A stretch of DNA of 64,000 bases from Candidatus Spongiisociaceae bacterium (GCA_965262915.1 OZ253564.1:2400001-2464000), one strand, 5' to 3'; positions 30,905 through 40,995 are shown, counted from the first letter of the stretch. The notes: generated from the letters alone by a model not told the origin. Numbers and translations: made by a program.

Positions 30905-33292
30905 TCACTCATCGAGCCCCATCTCTTCGGGTGCCGGGATACTCGAGAGTGCCTCCCTGATGTACCCGGCGAGCTGGTCCTCGGTAGGGGTGGACGGGTC
31001 AACCGGCGCCATCACCACCCCGGGATGCGGCATTCCTCCCGACACGTCTATCACGACGATGGGTTCATGGAGACGTCTTTCCGAGCGCAGGTCGTGTGTT
31101 CGCCCTGCGACGTTCGTGGCTTCGTGCCCCGAGCCGACCATCCCGACGAAGCGCCGCCCTGACAGGGATAGCCGGACGTAGGGAGGCCGCCACGGTCGCC
31201 ACGGCGTCTTCCGTACCGCCCGCAGGTCGCCGGCCTGGAGGCGGGCCGGGGAATGGCGGGGTCTGCGAAAGTCCGCTCCGGCCAGGTCGGACACCAGGGT
31301 CCAGTCGTCTCCGACCCGGAAGGTTGCGTACCTGCCGCGCCGCGGTCGCCGTATCCGGCCGGCGATCCGGTTGATTCCGTACAGCCATCCCCAGATGAAC
31401 GCCAGGAGCAGAGCGAGCATCGCCCCGATCAGGATCGCCTCGAGGGTCTGGTTGCGGGGATGGTCGATGTCGACGGAGACCTCGAACGATATCTCTCGCG
31501 TCTCGCCTGCCGGGTCGGCCGGATCGCTCACGTAGGCGAAGCGGAGGATGTGGTCGTCGGGGGTCTGGACCGAGTTGTCGAGGCGCACATGCAGTTCTAC
31601 GGGCTCGGAATCGCCGGAGACCCACGCGGCTGCTCCGTCCGGGAACGCCAACTCGACGCCGACCTCGGTTCCGTCGGTGCCCACGATGGAATCGGCCGGA
31701 AGCAGCCGTATCTCCCCCTCTCGACCGTCGTCCTCGATGACGATCGGGATGGCGAAATCGGTGGCCTCGACAGAACCCAGCCTGGACTCGGTGACCCGGA
31801 GAATTGGCCCGTCGGGCAGATCGGCCACGGTGAAAGTGGTCGATGCGGAGGCAGGATCGGCATGATCGGAGAGGAGGCGGACCCGGTACGTGTGGTCCCC
31901 TGCGGTGAGCGGCGATGACCGGAAACGCCCGTGTCCGAGGCGTTTGGGCGTGACCGGGCCTCCGTCGAGCACTACCTCAAGGAAGGGCTCGTCGGCCTGG
32001 TTGAGCGGCGCCCCGTTGGCGTGCAGCGAGAAGTCGACGGGCGTGTCGGGGAAGATCGGACTCGTGTGCACCCGGATAGTCAGGGCAGGAGTGCGGAGGA
32101 CCAACGCACCGCAGACCTCATCGACCCCTTCGCCACGGACCTCGGCCGGGGTGAACGGCGCTTCCGGGTAGTCGAGGGTTATCCGGCGGGCGCGGTCGGC
32201 GTCATCCAGACGGAATGCAGGGTGGTTGGTCGACAGTTCCGCATCGTCGCCTTCGGCCACGACCACCACCGAACGGACGAACGACGGGGGGATACCGTCG
32301 GGCAGCTTCCCGTCCCACAGGACACCGTCCCGGGCACTTACGGTGAGCCACGGCCCGGAGAGGTTCTCGCACGCGCGGGAAGGGGGGATAGTGGTGGTGG
32401 TAGGGATAGTGGTGGTGGTAGTGGTCGGGATAGTAGTGGTTGTAGAGGTCGTGGGAGGTGGCGGAGGCTCGACGAATCTGAACTCCGGATGCGTGGTCGT
32501 TTCCAAAGCGATGTGATCGCCACAACCCCCCGTCTCCATCATGTTGAGAAGGTTCTTGGTGTCACCTGACGGAGGGTCTCCTACGTAGAAGAGGCGGACA
32601 TCGAGCCGAGTACCGAGTTGGGCGAGACGATCCGACAGGTCACCGTAGCCCGCTGCGACTTCCTCTTCCTGCGACTCGTCGCCGCACACCGCGGGGATCA
32701 GGAGATCTGCTACCGCGTTGCCGACCCGCCGACTGGTGAGCCGACGCTGAAGGCCGTCGTACGCACGGGGGCTCCGGTCGCCCCGATAGGCGTCGCCAAG
32801 GTCGTGACGCCCGTCGGTCAACCAGACCACCCGGTGGCAGTCGGCCGACCACTCGAGATCCAGCAGGCCGTACAGGGCGGCCACGTAGTCCGTGTTCAGG
32901 TCGTGGTCGCCGAACTGTTCGATCGTGGACAGCAGGTCCTCGTTGCCGTTGGCCTGCAGGTCCGTGAAGTCGCGCCGCAACTCGAAGTCGGTACCGAAGG
33001 CCGCCAGGGCGAGGCGTACCCGCAGGCCTGCCCGGACGGACCTCTCGAGGGACGCTACGTAACGTTTCGCGGCGGCGATTCGCTCGCCGTCGGGGTCGTT
33101 GCGGCGCAGCGACTGGGACTCGTCCATGAGGATCAACACGTCCCACGACCGCGCCTCAGGCGGGCAGAATACGTCCGCATCCACAGGATCCTGACCCCGG
33201 GCCGGAACTACGACGATGGCGACGCCGGTTAGGGCAATGAGAACGGATATGGATATGACCGATCGGCGACCGCGACCCGTGGTTCGGGTCAT
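30905..33292 (-). CDS. Membrane-anchored vWA-domain protein
   Basis: Signal peptide; MIDAS DESQS...TDY...WLTDG; Pro/Thr linker; C-terminal TM ILIGAMLALLLAFIWGWLY; basic tail. Confidence 0.85.
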   Translation of the reverse strand: MTRTTGRGRRSVISISVLIALTGVAIVVVPARGQDPVDADVFCPPEARSWDVLILMDESQSLRRNDPDGERIAAAKRYVASLERSVRAGLRVRLALAAFGTDFELRRDFTDLQANGNEDLLSTIEQFGDHDLNTDYVAALYGLLDLEWSADCHRVVWLTDGRHDLGDAYRGDRSPRAYDGLQRRLTSRRVGNAVADLLIPAVCGDESQEEEVAAGYGDLSDRLAQLGTRLDVRLFYVGDPPSGDTKNLLNMMETGGCGDHIALETTTHPEFRFVEPPPPPTTSTTTTIPTTTTTTIPTTTTIPPSRACENLSGPWLTVSARDGVLWDGKLPDGIPPSFVRSVVVVAEGDDAELSTNHPAFRLDDADRARRITLDYPEAPFTPAEVRGEGVDEVCGALVLRTPALTIRVHTSPIFPDTPVDFSLHANGAPLNQADEPFLEVVLDGGPVTPKRLGHGRFRSSPLTAGDHTYRVRLLSDHADPASASTTFTVADLPDGPILRVTESRLGSVEATDFAIPIVIEDDGREGEIRLLPADSIVGTDGTEVGVELAFPDGAAAWVSGDSEPVELHVRLDNSVQTPDDHILRFAYVSDPADPAGETREISFEVSVDIDHPRNQTLEAILIGAMLALLLAFIWGWLYGINRIAGRIRRPRRGRYATFRVGDDWTLVSDLAGADFRRPRHSPARLQAGDLRAVRKTPWRPWRPPYVRLSLSGRRFVGMVGSGHEATNVAGRTHDLRSERRLHEPIVVIDVSGGMPHPGVVMAPVDPSTPTEDQLAGYIREALSSIPAPEEMGLDE

Positions 33293-33711
33293 ACCGGCCA
33301 CTCGCGGGCGATGCGGACAGCGATCAGGTAACCGCACCAGAGAGCTGCGCCGACGGAGGCGAGCAGCGACAGCCTGGCCAGAATGGTGGGTCTCCACCAC
33401 CGCTCCCGCCAGCTCGTCCGCTCGCGGGACCTTCCCAACTGGAATAGGGCGAAGCCGGGAAGCGACAGGACCAGTACGCCCAGGATTCCGCCGACTGCCC
33501 GTTGGAATCCCGGGTCACCGATGGCCCGCACCTCGTGGGCGATCAGAGCCGCCGTCACCGCGAGAGAGGTGCCGAGCAGTGCGACGGCCAGCCACCAGGC
33601 CCATGGGATGACATGCAACCCCGGTGGTCGGCGCCGAGCAGGCCGCCGCGAAACTCTTCTTCCTCTGTCGCTCCCGGAGGATCGCGGATCTAACTCGAAC
33701 TCGTAACCCAT
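33289..33711 (-). CDS. Small 3-TM membrane protein, first gene of the tubulin-like operon
   Basis: Three hydrophobic helices; 4-bp overlap with the vWA gene. Confidence 0.7.
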   Translation of the reverse strand: MGYEFELDPRSSGSDRGRRVSRRPARRRPPGLHVIPWAWWLAVALLGTSLAVTAALIAHEVRAIGDPGFQRAVGGILGVLVLSLPGFALFQLGRSRERTSWRERWWRPTILARLSLLASVGAALWCGYLIAVRIAREWPV

Positions 33712-33839
33712 GGAACGCCTGTCGTTACTCCGCCCGCCGCATGCCGAAACGGATCTCCTCTACATATAGGGAACGATTCGGACAATAGCAATATCGGGGC
33801 TGATCCTTGCCCTGTGATTTGTCGTCGGAGGTGGTTGGG

Positions 33840-35204
33840 CTATCCGTTTGCCCGATACGGCAGGCGTCGGATGATCCGGCTCAGGAGCTCGGCGGTGAGT
33901 CCGAGCGAACCCACGCCGATGCGCTCGTCGTTGCCGTGGAACATCCCCAAGAAGTCGCTCAACGGGACCCGGTCGTCGAAGAGGCCCACGCCGTATGCTT
34001 TGATCCCTTTGGCGCGGAAGAAGCGGGCGTCGGTGGTCGCCGGGGTCATGGCCGGTACGATCCTGCGGCTCCCGGTCATGGATTCGTAGGCGTCGCCGAT
34101 GGCTTCCCAGAGCGGTCCGTCGGCGGCGGACGAGTTGGCCGGATAGTCGATCACAGACTCGATATCGATCTCGTCGTAGAGGGGTCCCAGGACTTTGCGG
34201 AGATGGTCGTCGATCGTCTGGTCCGTCTGGCCGGGAAGGACCCGGATGTCGAGAGCCGTGTCGGCCCGGTCGGCCACCGTATTGGCTTTGGTTCCCCCGC
34301 TCACCAGGTTGGGGCTGAGGGTCAGGTGGGTGCAGGCATGCGCCCAGCGGGCCAGCAGCGGGTCTTCGGTGGCCATGAGTTCGATCTCGGCATCTACCAG
34401 GTCCGGGTCGAGGAGGGCGGCCGCACGGGCGGGTTCCCAGCCCACCCCTCCCACGAAGCTTCGCCACTCGGGGGTGATCTCGACGGGGCTTCCCGAACGG
34501 GCGATAGCGACGATGGCCTCCGCCACCTTGACCACCGCGTTGTCGGTTCCGTAGGGCTGGCTGCCGTGTGACGGTACGCCGGAGCCTCTGACGATCCTCC
34601 AAGACGGACCCTTCTCGGCCACTTTGACCGGGTAGACCGGCGGCCGGCCCGGGCTGCGGATGGCCGGGGAGGCGACCTCGGTGAGCACGTAGTCGCATTC
34701 GATCAACTCGGGCCGGTGGTCCATGAGCCATCCGGCGCCCAGACCTCCCCCCTCCTCCTCGTCGGCCACGGCGAGATAGACCAGGTCACCCGGCGGAGGG
34801 GGCGACTCCCCCGTCAGGTAGGGCTTGAAGACGACCGCCATCGCGGCGGTCAGGTTGAGCATGTCCACCGCCCCCCGGCCCCATACCATCCCGTCGATGA
34901 CCTCGGCGCCGAACGGGTCCACCGACCACCCTTCCTCGGTGACCGGCACCACGTCCAGATGGCCCATCAACAGCAGGCAGGGTGCGGCCGGGTCGCTCCC
35001 CGGAATCCGGTACACCACGCTCTGGCGGTCCGGCGCCGGTTCCACCACCTCCCCCGATGCACCGAAGTAGGCCTCGAGGGTCGTCACCGATCGGGCCTCG
35101 TGACCCGAGGCCGGCGACCCGTCGTTGACGCAGCGGTTCCGGATGAGTGCTTGGAGGAGCTCGAGCACCTCTCCCTCGGTATGGGTGACGGGTCGGTCGC
35201 TCAT
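33840..35204 (-). CDS. M20/M25/M40 metallo-hydrolase
   Basis: GHLDVVP, WGRGAVDM, ADEE, HGS, TDARF, HGNDE. Confidence 0.92.
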   Translation of the reverse strand: MSDRPVTHTEGEVLELLQALIRNRCVNDGSPASGHEARSVTTLEAYFGASGEVVEPAPDRQSVVYRIPGSDPAAPCLLLMGHLDVVPVTEEGWSVDPFGAEVIDGMVWGRGAVDMLNLTAAMAVVFKPYLTGESPPPPGDLVYLAVADEEEGGGLGAGWLMDHRPELIECDYVLTEVASPAIRSPGRPPVYPVKVAEKGPSWRIVRGSGVPSHGSQPYGTDNAVVKVAEAIVAIARSGSPVEITPEWRSFVGGVGWEPARAAALLDPDLVDAEIELMATEDPLLARWAHACTHLTLSPNLVSGGTKANTVADRADTALDIRVLPGQTDQTIDDHLRKVLGPLYDEIDIESVIDYPANSSAADGPLWEAIGDAYESMTGSRRIVPAMTPATTDARFFRAKGIKAYGVGLFDDRVPLSDFLGMFHGNDERIGVGSLGLTAELLSRIIRRLPYRANG

Positions 35205-35608
35205 ATCCCCAGTTTCTCCAGCAGGTTGTACATCGTGGGAGTGAGGGGGAGGGAACGCAGCTCCTCGAGGGGCACGAAGGCGGCCGCGCTCGCGTCGTCC
35301 CCCGCTGCCAGCTCACCGCCGGTCACCCTACCGGCGTAGTCGACCAGCACCACGTGGTGTTCGGGTGGGTCGCCCTCTCCCAACGCCTCCCCTACCCAGA
35401 CCACGTTTCCGAGCGCAACCTCCAAGCCGGTCTCCTCCTGTATTTCCCGCACCGCGGCGTCGGTGAGGCGCTCGCCGTAGCGGACCTTCCCGCCCGGTAT
35501 TGCCCAGGAGCCCACGAGGGGGCCGCTCCCCCTCTCCACCAGCAGCATCCTCCCCTGGTCGATGACCACCACCCCGACTCCCACCAGCGGGCGTTCCTTG
35601 CCGGTCAC
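35201..35608 (-). CDS. NUDIX hydrolase
   Basis: PGGKVRYGERLTDAAVREIQEETGL Nudix box. Confidence 0.93.
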   Translation of the reverse strand: MTGKERPLVGVGVVVIDQGRMLLVERGSGPLVGSWAIPGGKVRYGERLTDAAVREIQEETGLEVALGNVVWVGEALGEGDPPEHHVVLVDYAGRVTGGELAAGDDASAAAFVPLEELRSLPLTPTMYNLLEKLGI

Positions 35609-36123
35609 GGGCGGTAGGCCTCCCTTATGCGGCGACCCCCGTCGGGGCGGTCGCTGTGGTGCATGACGATCGTACGGGCCGAGAAGCCCCCGGCCTCGAA
35701 GAAGTTCTTGGCCAGACGGTGGCCCGGCAGTACGTGGGCATCGAAAAGGTGGTGTCCCATGGCGCGATAATCGTCCATGAGGGTATCCCTCATGATCTCA
35801 CCCACCCCCACGCCCCGGGCGGGTTCCTCCACGAACACCAGGTGGATGGCCGCTACCGGAGTGCCCTCCTCGTGGGCCAGCAGGGACTCGGTGCGCCCGT
35901 AGATGAAACCGAGTGGGTAGCCGTCCACCTCGCCGATGTACACCCGCGACCCCGCGTCGGCGATCCGGTCCCGGAACGACTCGTCGACCGGTTCGTCGAG
36001 GCCGTCGGCTCGGGGCCACATCGGATGTATCGCAACCATCTCGGCCTCCAGCTTGCGGTACAGATCGACCAGGATGCCCACATCCTCGGTTCCGGCAAGC
36101 CGGGTGGTGACCGAGATACCCAT
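35605..36123 (-). CDS. GNAT acetyltransferase
   Basis: VFVEEPARGVGVG; AKNFFEAGGF. Confidence 0.85.
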   Translation of the reverse strand: MGISVTTRLAGTEDVGILVDLYRKLEAEMVAIHPMWPRADGLDEPVDESFRDRIADAGSRVYIGEVDGYPLGFIYGRTESLLAHEEGTPVAAIHLVFVEEPARGVGVGEIMRDTLMDDYRAMGHHLFDAHVLPGHRLAKNFFEAGGFSARTIVMHHSDRPDGGRRIREAYRP

Positions 36124-36186
36124 CTTGGGGGGTGAGGGTAGCGGTATGCGCCCTGAACCCCGCTATCCGCCGATCCGCTGCGGCAA

Positions 36187-36543
36187 TCAGGCGCAATCGA
36201 AGCAGAGCGTGTTCCGGCGGTCGGCCAGCTGCACGTTCTTGAGTACCAGGAAACAGGAGCGGCACACGAACTCGTCGCCGCGGCGATCCTGTGAACCGGC
36301 ATCGAGGGCCATCTCCTGGCGGCGTATCGCCATGATCTCGGATGCCTCGTCGACCAGGATGGTGGCGGACTCGTTGGTCTCTACTGTCTGGAGTTCCTCC
36401 GCTTCGAGAGCGTCGAGGGTGCCGGTGCCGTCCTGTTCCTCGTCGTCATCGTCGTCGTCCACCAGGTCGAAGTCGTCGCGGTCGACCTCTTCGTTGTGAT
36501 TCTCGGCGTCGTCCCCGAACGGATCCTGGCTTACGGTTACCAA
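36187..36543 (-). CDS. DUF4193-like acidic zinc-ribbon protein
   Basis: Acidic N-terminus; EFVCRSCFLV...QL...CFDC. Confidence 0.75.
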   Translation of the reverse strand: MVTVSQDPFGDDAENHNEEVDRDDFDLVDDDDDDEEQDGTGTLDALEAEELQTVETNESATILVDEASEIMAIRRQEMALDAGSQDRRGDEFVCRSCFLVLKNVQLADRRNTLCFDCA

Positions 36544-36622
36544 CCCACTCCCTTACGCGGCGGCGAGTATAGACGGCTCATCCGCGGGCGGGTCACCAGT
36601 TCGCCCCTGCGGCCCGGCCCCA

Positions 36623-37507
36623 TCATACTTTCAGCACCACGCGGCCGGCTTGGAGCCGGACCACGAGGGGCGTCTCGCCGATCGGGTCGCCGTCCACTTC
36701 CACCGGCCACCGCTCAGTGGCCTCGACCCGTACCTCGGGCGCCACGTACCGCCGGACCGCCGGGTCCGAGAGGTGGTTGCCTCCCCGGGCCTTGGACATC
36801 AGCCTCCCCACTTCCCGCTTGCGGGCGGTTATGACCTGGATGTCGAGCAGTTGGTCGACCATCGAGGCGCGGGGGGCTATGTTGAAGCCACCGCCGAAGA
36901 ACTGGCCGTTGGCGACTATCACCCCCAGCGACTTTCCTTCGAAGCGCCGTCCACCGGCTTCGAGCACGATGTCGGATCTGCGGAACCCGGGCAGCGAAGC
37001 GGCGACCCCTCCCACGTAGCGGAAGGTTCCCAGCCATCCGGGTAGGCGGAGGGCGGCGACCGCCGCCGCGGCCGTTGCGCCGGTGGCGGCCACGTTGAGG
37101 AAGAAGCGCCGTCCCCACTCACCGATCGCCAGGCCCACATCGACCGGGTAGGTCGTGTCCCCGGCGAGGCGGTCGGCGGCGTCGCCGATCCGGTTGCCGA
37201 TCCCGAAGGTGCGGAGCAGGTCGCAGCCGGTCCCGGCGGGCAGCACGCCGAGGACGGGGGGCGTGTCCCATGGGTGGCCCAGCACGGCGTTGAGCACCGC
37301 GTTGACGGTCCCGTCCCCGCCTACCGCCACGAACCGGTCCCTGCCGTCGGCGACGGCCCGGCTGACCGCGTCACTCAAGGCTGGGATGCCGTCCACTACG
37401 ACAACGTCGGCCGGCACCTGCCGCGAACGCAGCGCGGTTTCGGCTCGCGCCTCCGCGTGGCGGCCCCGGCCGGCATAGGGGTTGACGAGGGCCAACCACC
37501 GTGTCAT
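36623..37507 (-). CDS. Diacylglycerol kinase family lipid kinase
   Basis: VNPYAG, GGDGT, PAGTGCD, NGQFFGGG, VDGD. Confidence 0.92.
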   Translation of the reverse strand: MTRWLALVNPYAGRGRHAEARAETALRSRQVPADVVVVDGIPALSDAVSRAVADGRDRFVAVGGDGTVNAVLNAVLGHPWDTPPVLGVLPAGTGCDLLRTFGIGNRIGDAADRLAGDTTYPVDVGLAIGEWGRRFFLNVAATGATAAAAVAALRLPGWLGTFRYVGGVAASLPGFRRSDIVLEAGGRRFEGKSLGVIVANGQFFGGGFNIAPRASMVDQLLDIQVITARKREVGRLMSKARGGNHLSDPAVRRYVAPEVRVEATERWPVEVDGDPIGETPLVVRLQAGRVVLKV

Positions 37508-39546
37508 GTGACGCCACCTGCCGCGACGACCCCCCTGTCCACGGCGGCCTGGACCCTGGCGACCACCCGGCCCAGGTCCTCGATTCCCAGCGCCTCGGCC
37601 ACATCCCGGAGCTGGCGCAGCACGTCGAGCACCTGGCGGGCGGTGCGCACGAAGTCCCCCGGATCCAAGGTGGTGTCCTCCAGGAGATCCTCCAGGTCAC
37701 GGTTGCGCGCCCAGGCATAGGCGAGATAGCCGAAGCCCGTCTGGGGCGGGCGGGTGATGGGCAGCCGGTGGGCCCGCTCGCCGGTGGTGTGGTGGTCCCA
37801 CAGGTCGACCACCCGTTCCCAGCGCTGGTCGAGGGGCTCGGTGGGCCACCCCTCGTCGGTGTCAGCGTCGCGCCGTGGCTCGTACACGAAGGCAGAGACC
37901 AGGGCAGCTAGCTCCGCCGGGGCCAGGCCCGAGAAACACCCGGCCCGTACGGCCTCCACGAGGAGGAAGTCCATGTCGTTGTAGACCATGCGTAGCGCCT
38001 GGCCGGGTGCCTCCAGCGTCCATCCTGTGAGAAATCCGCGTTCTTCCAGCAGCTCCCGTGCCCGGTGGAATTGGTTCACCAGGCTGCCCCGCTCGTCCGG
38101 GGACCTCCGGCCGGACCGGCGGCGGCCGCTCGGGCCCCGCCTCCCCCCGCGCCGCTGGAACTCGGCGAAGGAGGCTTCCAGCAGGCGCTCCGCCCGGCGG
38201 CGGGGGTAGTTGGCGATCAGGTTGACGACCATGTTGTAGGTGGGCCGGAAGCTGGACCGGAGCGGGTGGCTGCCCAGGTCGGCGATCGACACCATCCGTT
38301 CGAACGGCACGTATGGCGAGTGGAGCACCACGCCGTGGCCCACCGTGTCGATACCCCTCCGGCCCGCCCGTCCCGTGAGCTGGGTGAACTCGCCGGGCAG
38401 CATCAGCTCGTGGCCCTCGCCGGTGAACTTGCTCAGCCGGTCGAGCACCACGGTGCGGGCGGGCATGTTGATGCCCAGGGCCAGCGTCTCGGTGGCGAAC
38501 ACCAGCTTGACCAGACCGTCGCAGAAGAGCTGCTCGGTCACCTCCTTGAAGGCCGGTACCAGCCCGGCGTGATGGGCGGCAACCCCCCTCTCGAGGCCCG
38601 CCAGCCACCGGTCGTAGCCGAGCGCCCGCAGGTCGGACCACTCCAGGTGGGCGGTACCCTCCTCCGCCCGGCGCCGGATCTCCTCCCGCTCCCCGTCGTC
38701 GGTGAGCCGGACGCCGGCGTCGGCCACCCGGGCCGCGGACTCGTCGCAGCCGATCCGCGAGAAGACGAAGTAGATGGCCGGCAGCATGTCCAGGAAGGCC
38801 AGGTGCTCCACCACCCTCAGCCGTCTCGGGGTGCCGAACCTCTTCCGGCGCCCGCCCCGGCGGGCCAGGATCCGGGGAATGGAGCCGTTCGGTCTGAGAC
38901 CACGGGCGGTGTCGATGAACAGGGGCAACAGGTGGACCCCGTTGTCGTGGCGGTCCCAGACCGACCACCACCTCTCCAGTCGCACCGGCCGGTGGTCCTC
39001 GATGATCAACTCGGTGGGGCCGCGCCTGGATCGGAGCCAGTCGGTGAACTCGTCGGCGTTGGCCACGGTGGCCGAGAGGCATATCAGACCGATATGGCGG
39101 GGAGCGTGGATGATCACCTCCTCCCACACCGCTCCCCGGAACCGGTCCTGGAGGTAATGGACCTCGTCGAGGACCACGGTGTCGACCATCCGCAGGTCGG
39201 TGCCGGCGTAGATCATGTTCCTGAGGACCTCGGTGGTCATCACGACGATGGGCGCCCCGCCGTTGACGGTGTTGTCCCCGGTGAGCAGTCCCACCCGGTC
39301 GGGCCCGTATACGCGGGTGAAGTCACGAAACTTCTGGTTTGAGAGGGCCTTCAACGGGGTGGTGTAGAACACTCGGCGACCCCTCTCGAGACTCAGGTGC
39401 GCCGCCGCCTCGGCCACTAGCGTCTTGCCGGCCCCGGTAGGCGCCGTCACCACCACCGACCCCCCGCGCTCCACCGCCTCGGCGGCCACGACCTGGAAGG
39501 GATCGGGCTCGAAGGGTAGGGACTCGAAGAATCCGTCGATCCTCAC
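37504..39546 (-). CDS. helY: Ski2-like DEAD/H RNA helicase HelY
   Basis: APTGAGKT, DEVH, LSAT, HHAG, ATETLALGINMPA, QLTGRAGRRG; GTG start overlaps tatC. Confidence 0.92.
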   Translation of the reverse strand: MRIDGFFESLPFEPDPFQVVAAEAVERGGSVVVTAPTGAGKTLVAEAAAHLSLERGRRVFYTTPLKALSNQKFRDFTRVYGPDRVGLLTGDNTVNGGAPIVVMTTEVLRNMIYAGTDLRMVDTVVLDEVHYLQDRFRGAVWEEVIIHAPRHIGLICLSATVANADEFTDWLRSRRGPTELIIEDHRPVRLERWWSVWDRHDNGVHLLPLFIDTARGLRPNGSIPRILARRGGRRKRFGTPRRLRVVEHLAFLDMLPAIYFVFSRIGCDESAARVADAGVRLTDDGEREEIRRRAEEGTAHLEWSDLRALGYDRWLAGLERGVAAHHAGLVPAFKEVTEQLFCDGLVKLVFATETLALGINMPARTVVLDRLSKFTGEGHELMLPGEFTQLTGRAGRRGIDTVGHGVVLHSPYVPFERMVSIADLGSHPLRSSFRPTYNMVVNLIANYPRRRAERLLEASFAEFQRRGGRRGPSGRRRSGRRSPDERGSLVNQFHRARELLEERGFLTGWTLEAPGQALRMVYNDMDFLLVEAVRAGCFSGLAPAELAALVSAFVYEPRRDADTDEGWPTEPLDQRWERVVDLWDHHTTGERAHRLPITRPPQTGFGYLAYAWARNRDLEDLLEDTTLDPGDFVRTARQVLDVLRQLRDVAEALGIEDLGRVVARVQAAVDRGVVAAGGVT

Positions 39547-40262
39547 TTCTTGAGGGTCCACCGGATGATCCAGATGGTGGCCTCGTAGAACACGTAGAGG
39601 GGGGTGGCGAGTAATAACAGGGTGAGAGGATCGCCGGTGGGGCTCACCACCGCCCCGACGACCACGATGATGAGCACCGCCCAGCGGCGGCCGGCGGCCA
39701 GCTTGTCGGACGTCACCGCTCCCGCGGCGGCCGCTCCGAACAGGAATACCGGGAACTGGAACGAGATGCCGAACAGCAGCAGGTAGCGGATCACGAACCG
39801 GGTGAAGTACTCGACGGTCCATAGGTTCTCGAGCTGGTCGAAGATCGATCCCAGAACACCGACGACGCGGGGAAGCGTCCAGTAGGCGAACCCGACACCG
39901 AAGCAGAAGAGCACGACGAGAGCCCCCACGACGGGGAAGGCCCACTTGCGCTCCTTGGTGGTGAGGCCGGGGTTTACGAAGGACCATGCCTGGTAGCAGA
40001 TGACCGGACTGGCCAGCATCGCCCCTCCGAAGAGGGCCATGCGCATGGCGATCGAGAACTGGTCGGTCGGGCCCGTGACTACCAGGTCCCGGCCGGCCAC
40101 TTCGCTGTAGGAGCGTTGTATCAGGTCGAGCAGGAGGTTACGGAAGAAGAAGGCCACCACTGCACCCACCGCGATCGCGGACAGCGTCTTGATCAACCTC
40201 GACCGCAGCTCGGTCAGGTGACCCATCAAGGGCTGGCTCGACGAATCGGTCACATCGGTCAT
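39543..40262 (-). CDS. tatC: Twin-arginine translocase TatC
   Basis: HLTELRSRL, PGLTTKE, FQFP, SPTGDP..L. Confidence 0.95.
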   Translation of the reverse strand: MTDVTDSSSQPLMGHLTELRSRLIKTLSAIAVGAVVAFFFRNLLLDLIQRSYSEVAGRDLVVTGPTDQFSIAMRMALFGGAMLASPVICYQAWSFVNPGLTTKERKWAFPVVGALVVLFCFGVGFAYWTLPRVVGVLGSIFDQLENLWTVEYFTRFVIRYLLLFGISFQFPVFLFGAAAAGAVTSDKLAAGRRWAVLIIVVVGAVVSPTGDPLTLLLLATPLYVFYEATIWIIRWTLKK

Positions 40263-40948
40263 GAACCGTCCTGCTCCGCCACGCTGTCCTCCGGTGGGGT
40301 CTCGTCCGCTCCGTCGCTCGCCTGCCCGGCGCCCTCTCCGTCAGGCGGAGGGTCGGCGGGAGGCGGTGGATGTACGGATTCGGGCATCGGGTCCCCCATG
40401 CCTTCCCATACATCGCTCGGGGACACCCCGGTGGGCGGATCCGGAGCTATCCACCGTGCCTGGGGGGTCTTGGCGCCGGTGGCGGCCGTTTCCGTGGCGC
40501 TGGCAGCCTGCTTACTAGCGGTGGTTTGTGGTGGGGTTCCGCCGGTCGCGGCGGCCGCTCCTGTGGCGCTGGCAGCCTGCTTACTAGCGGTGGTTTGTGG
40601 TGGGGTTCCGCCGGTCGCGGCGGCCGCTCCTGTGGCGCCGGCCAGCGGACCCTTGGCCGAACGCCTGATGTCCCGCTCGGCCGACTTGGCCACATCGGCG
40701 GTCTCGGTCAATGTGCGGCGCACATCGGAGACGGGTTTGGACAGGTCCTCTTTGATCTCCTTGATGGGGTCGCGGAGGGGACCGATCTCCTGCTCGATGC
40801 CCTGTCGCAGGTCGGTCACCGCCGCCTTCAACTCGCGCAGGTGCCTCCCGATCGTGCGGGCGATGTCCGGAAGGCGGCCCGGTCCGAACACCACCAGAGC
40901 GATCACCGCGATGGTGAGGATCTCGGCACCGCTCAGGGACTCGAACAT
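40259..40948 (-). CDS. tatB: TatA/TatB family subunit with long low-complexity tail
   Basis: MFESLSGAEILTIAVIALVVFGPGRLPDIAR; amphipathic helix; immediately upstream of tatC. Confidence 0.75.
   Translation of the reverse strand: MFESLSGAEILTIAVIALVVFGPGRLPDIARTIGRHLRELKAAVTDLRQGIEQEIGPLRDPIKEIKEDLSKPVSDVRRTLTETADVAKSAERDIRRSAKGPLAGATGAAAATGGTPPQTTASKQAASATGAAAATGGTPPQTTASKQAASATETAATGAKTPQARWIAPDPPTGVSPSDVWEGMGDPMPESVHPPPPADPPPDGEGAGQASDGADETPPEDSVAEQDGS
40494..40638. repeat. 69-bp perfect in-frame tandem duplication in tatB
   Basis: Units begin at 40494 and 40563 and encode ATGAAAATGGTPPQTTASKQAAS. Confidence 0.9.
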
Positions 40949-40995
40949 GGGGCAATGGTACAGCCGTCCCCGGGGCGTGATGCTACCGGCCCGGG

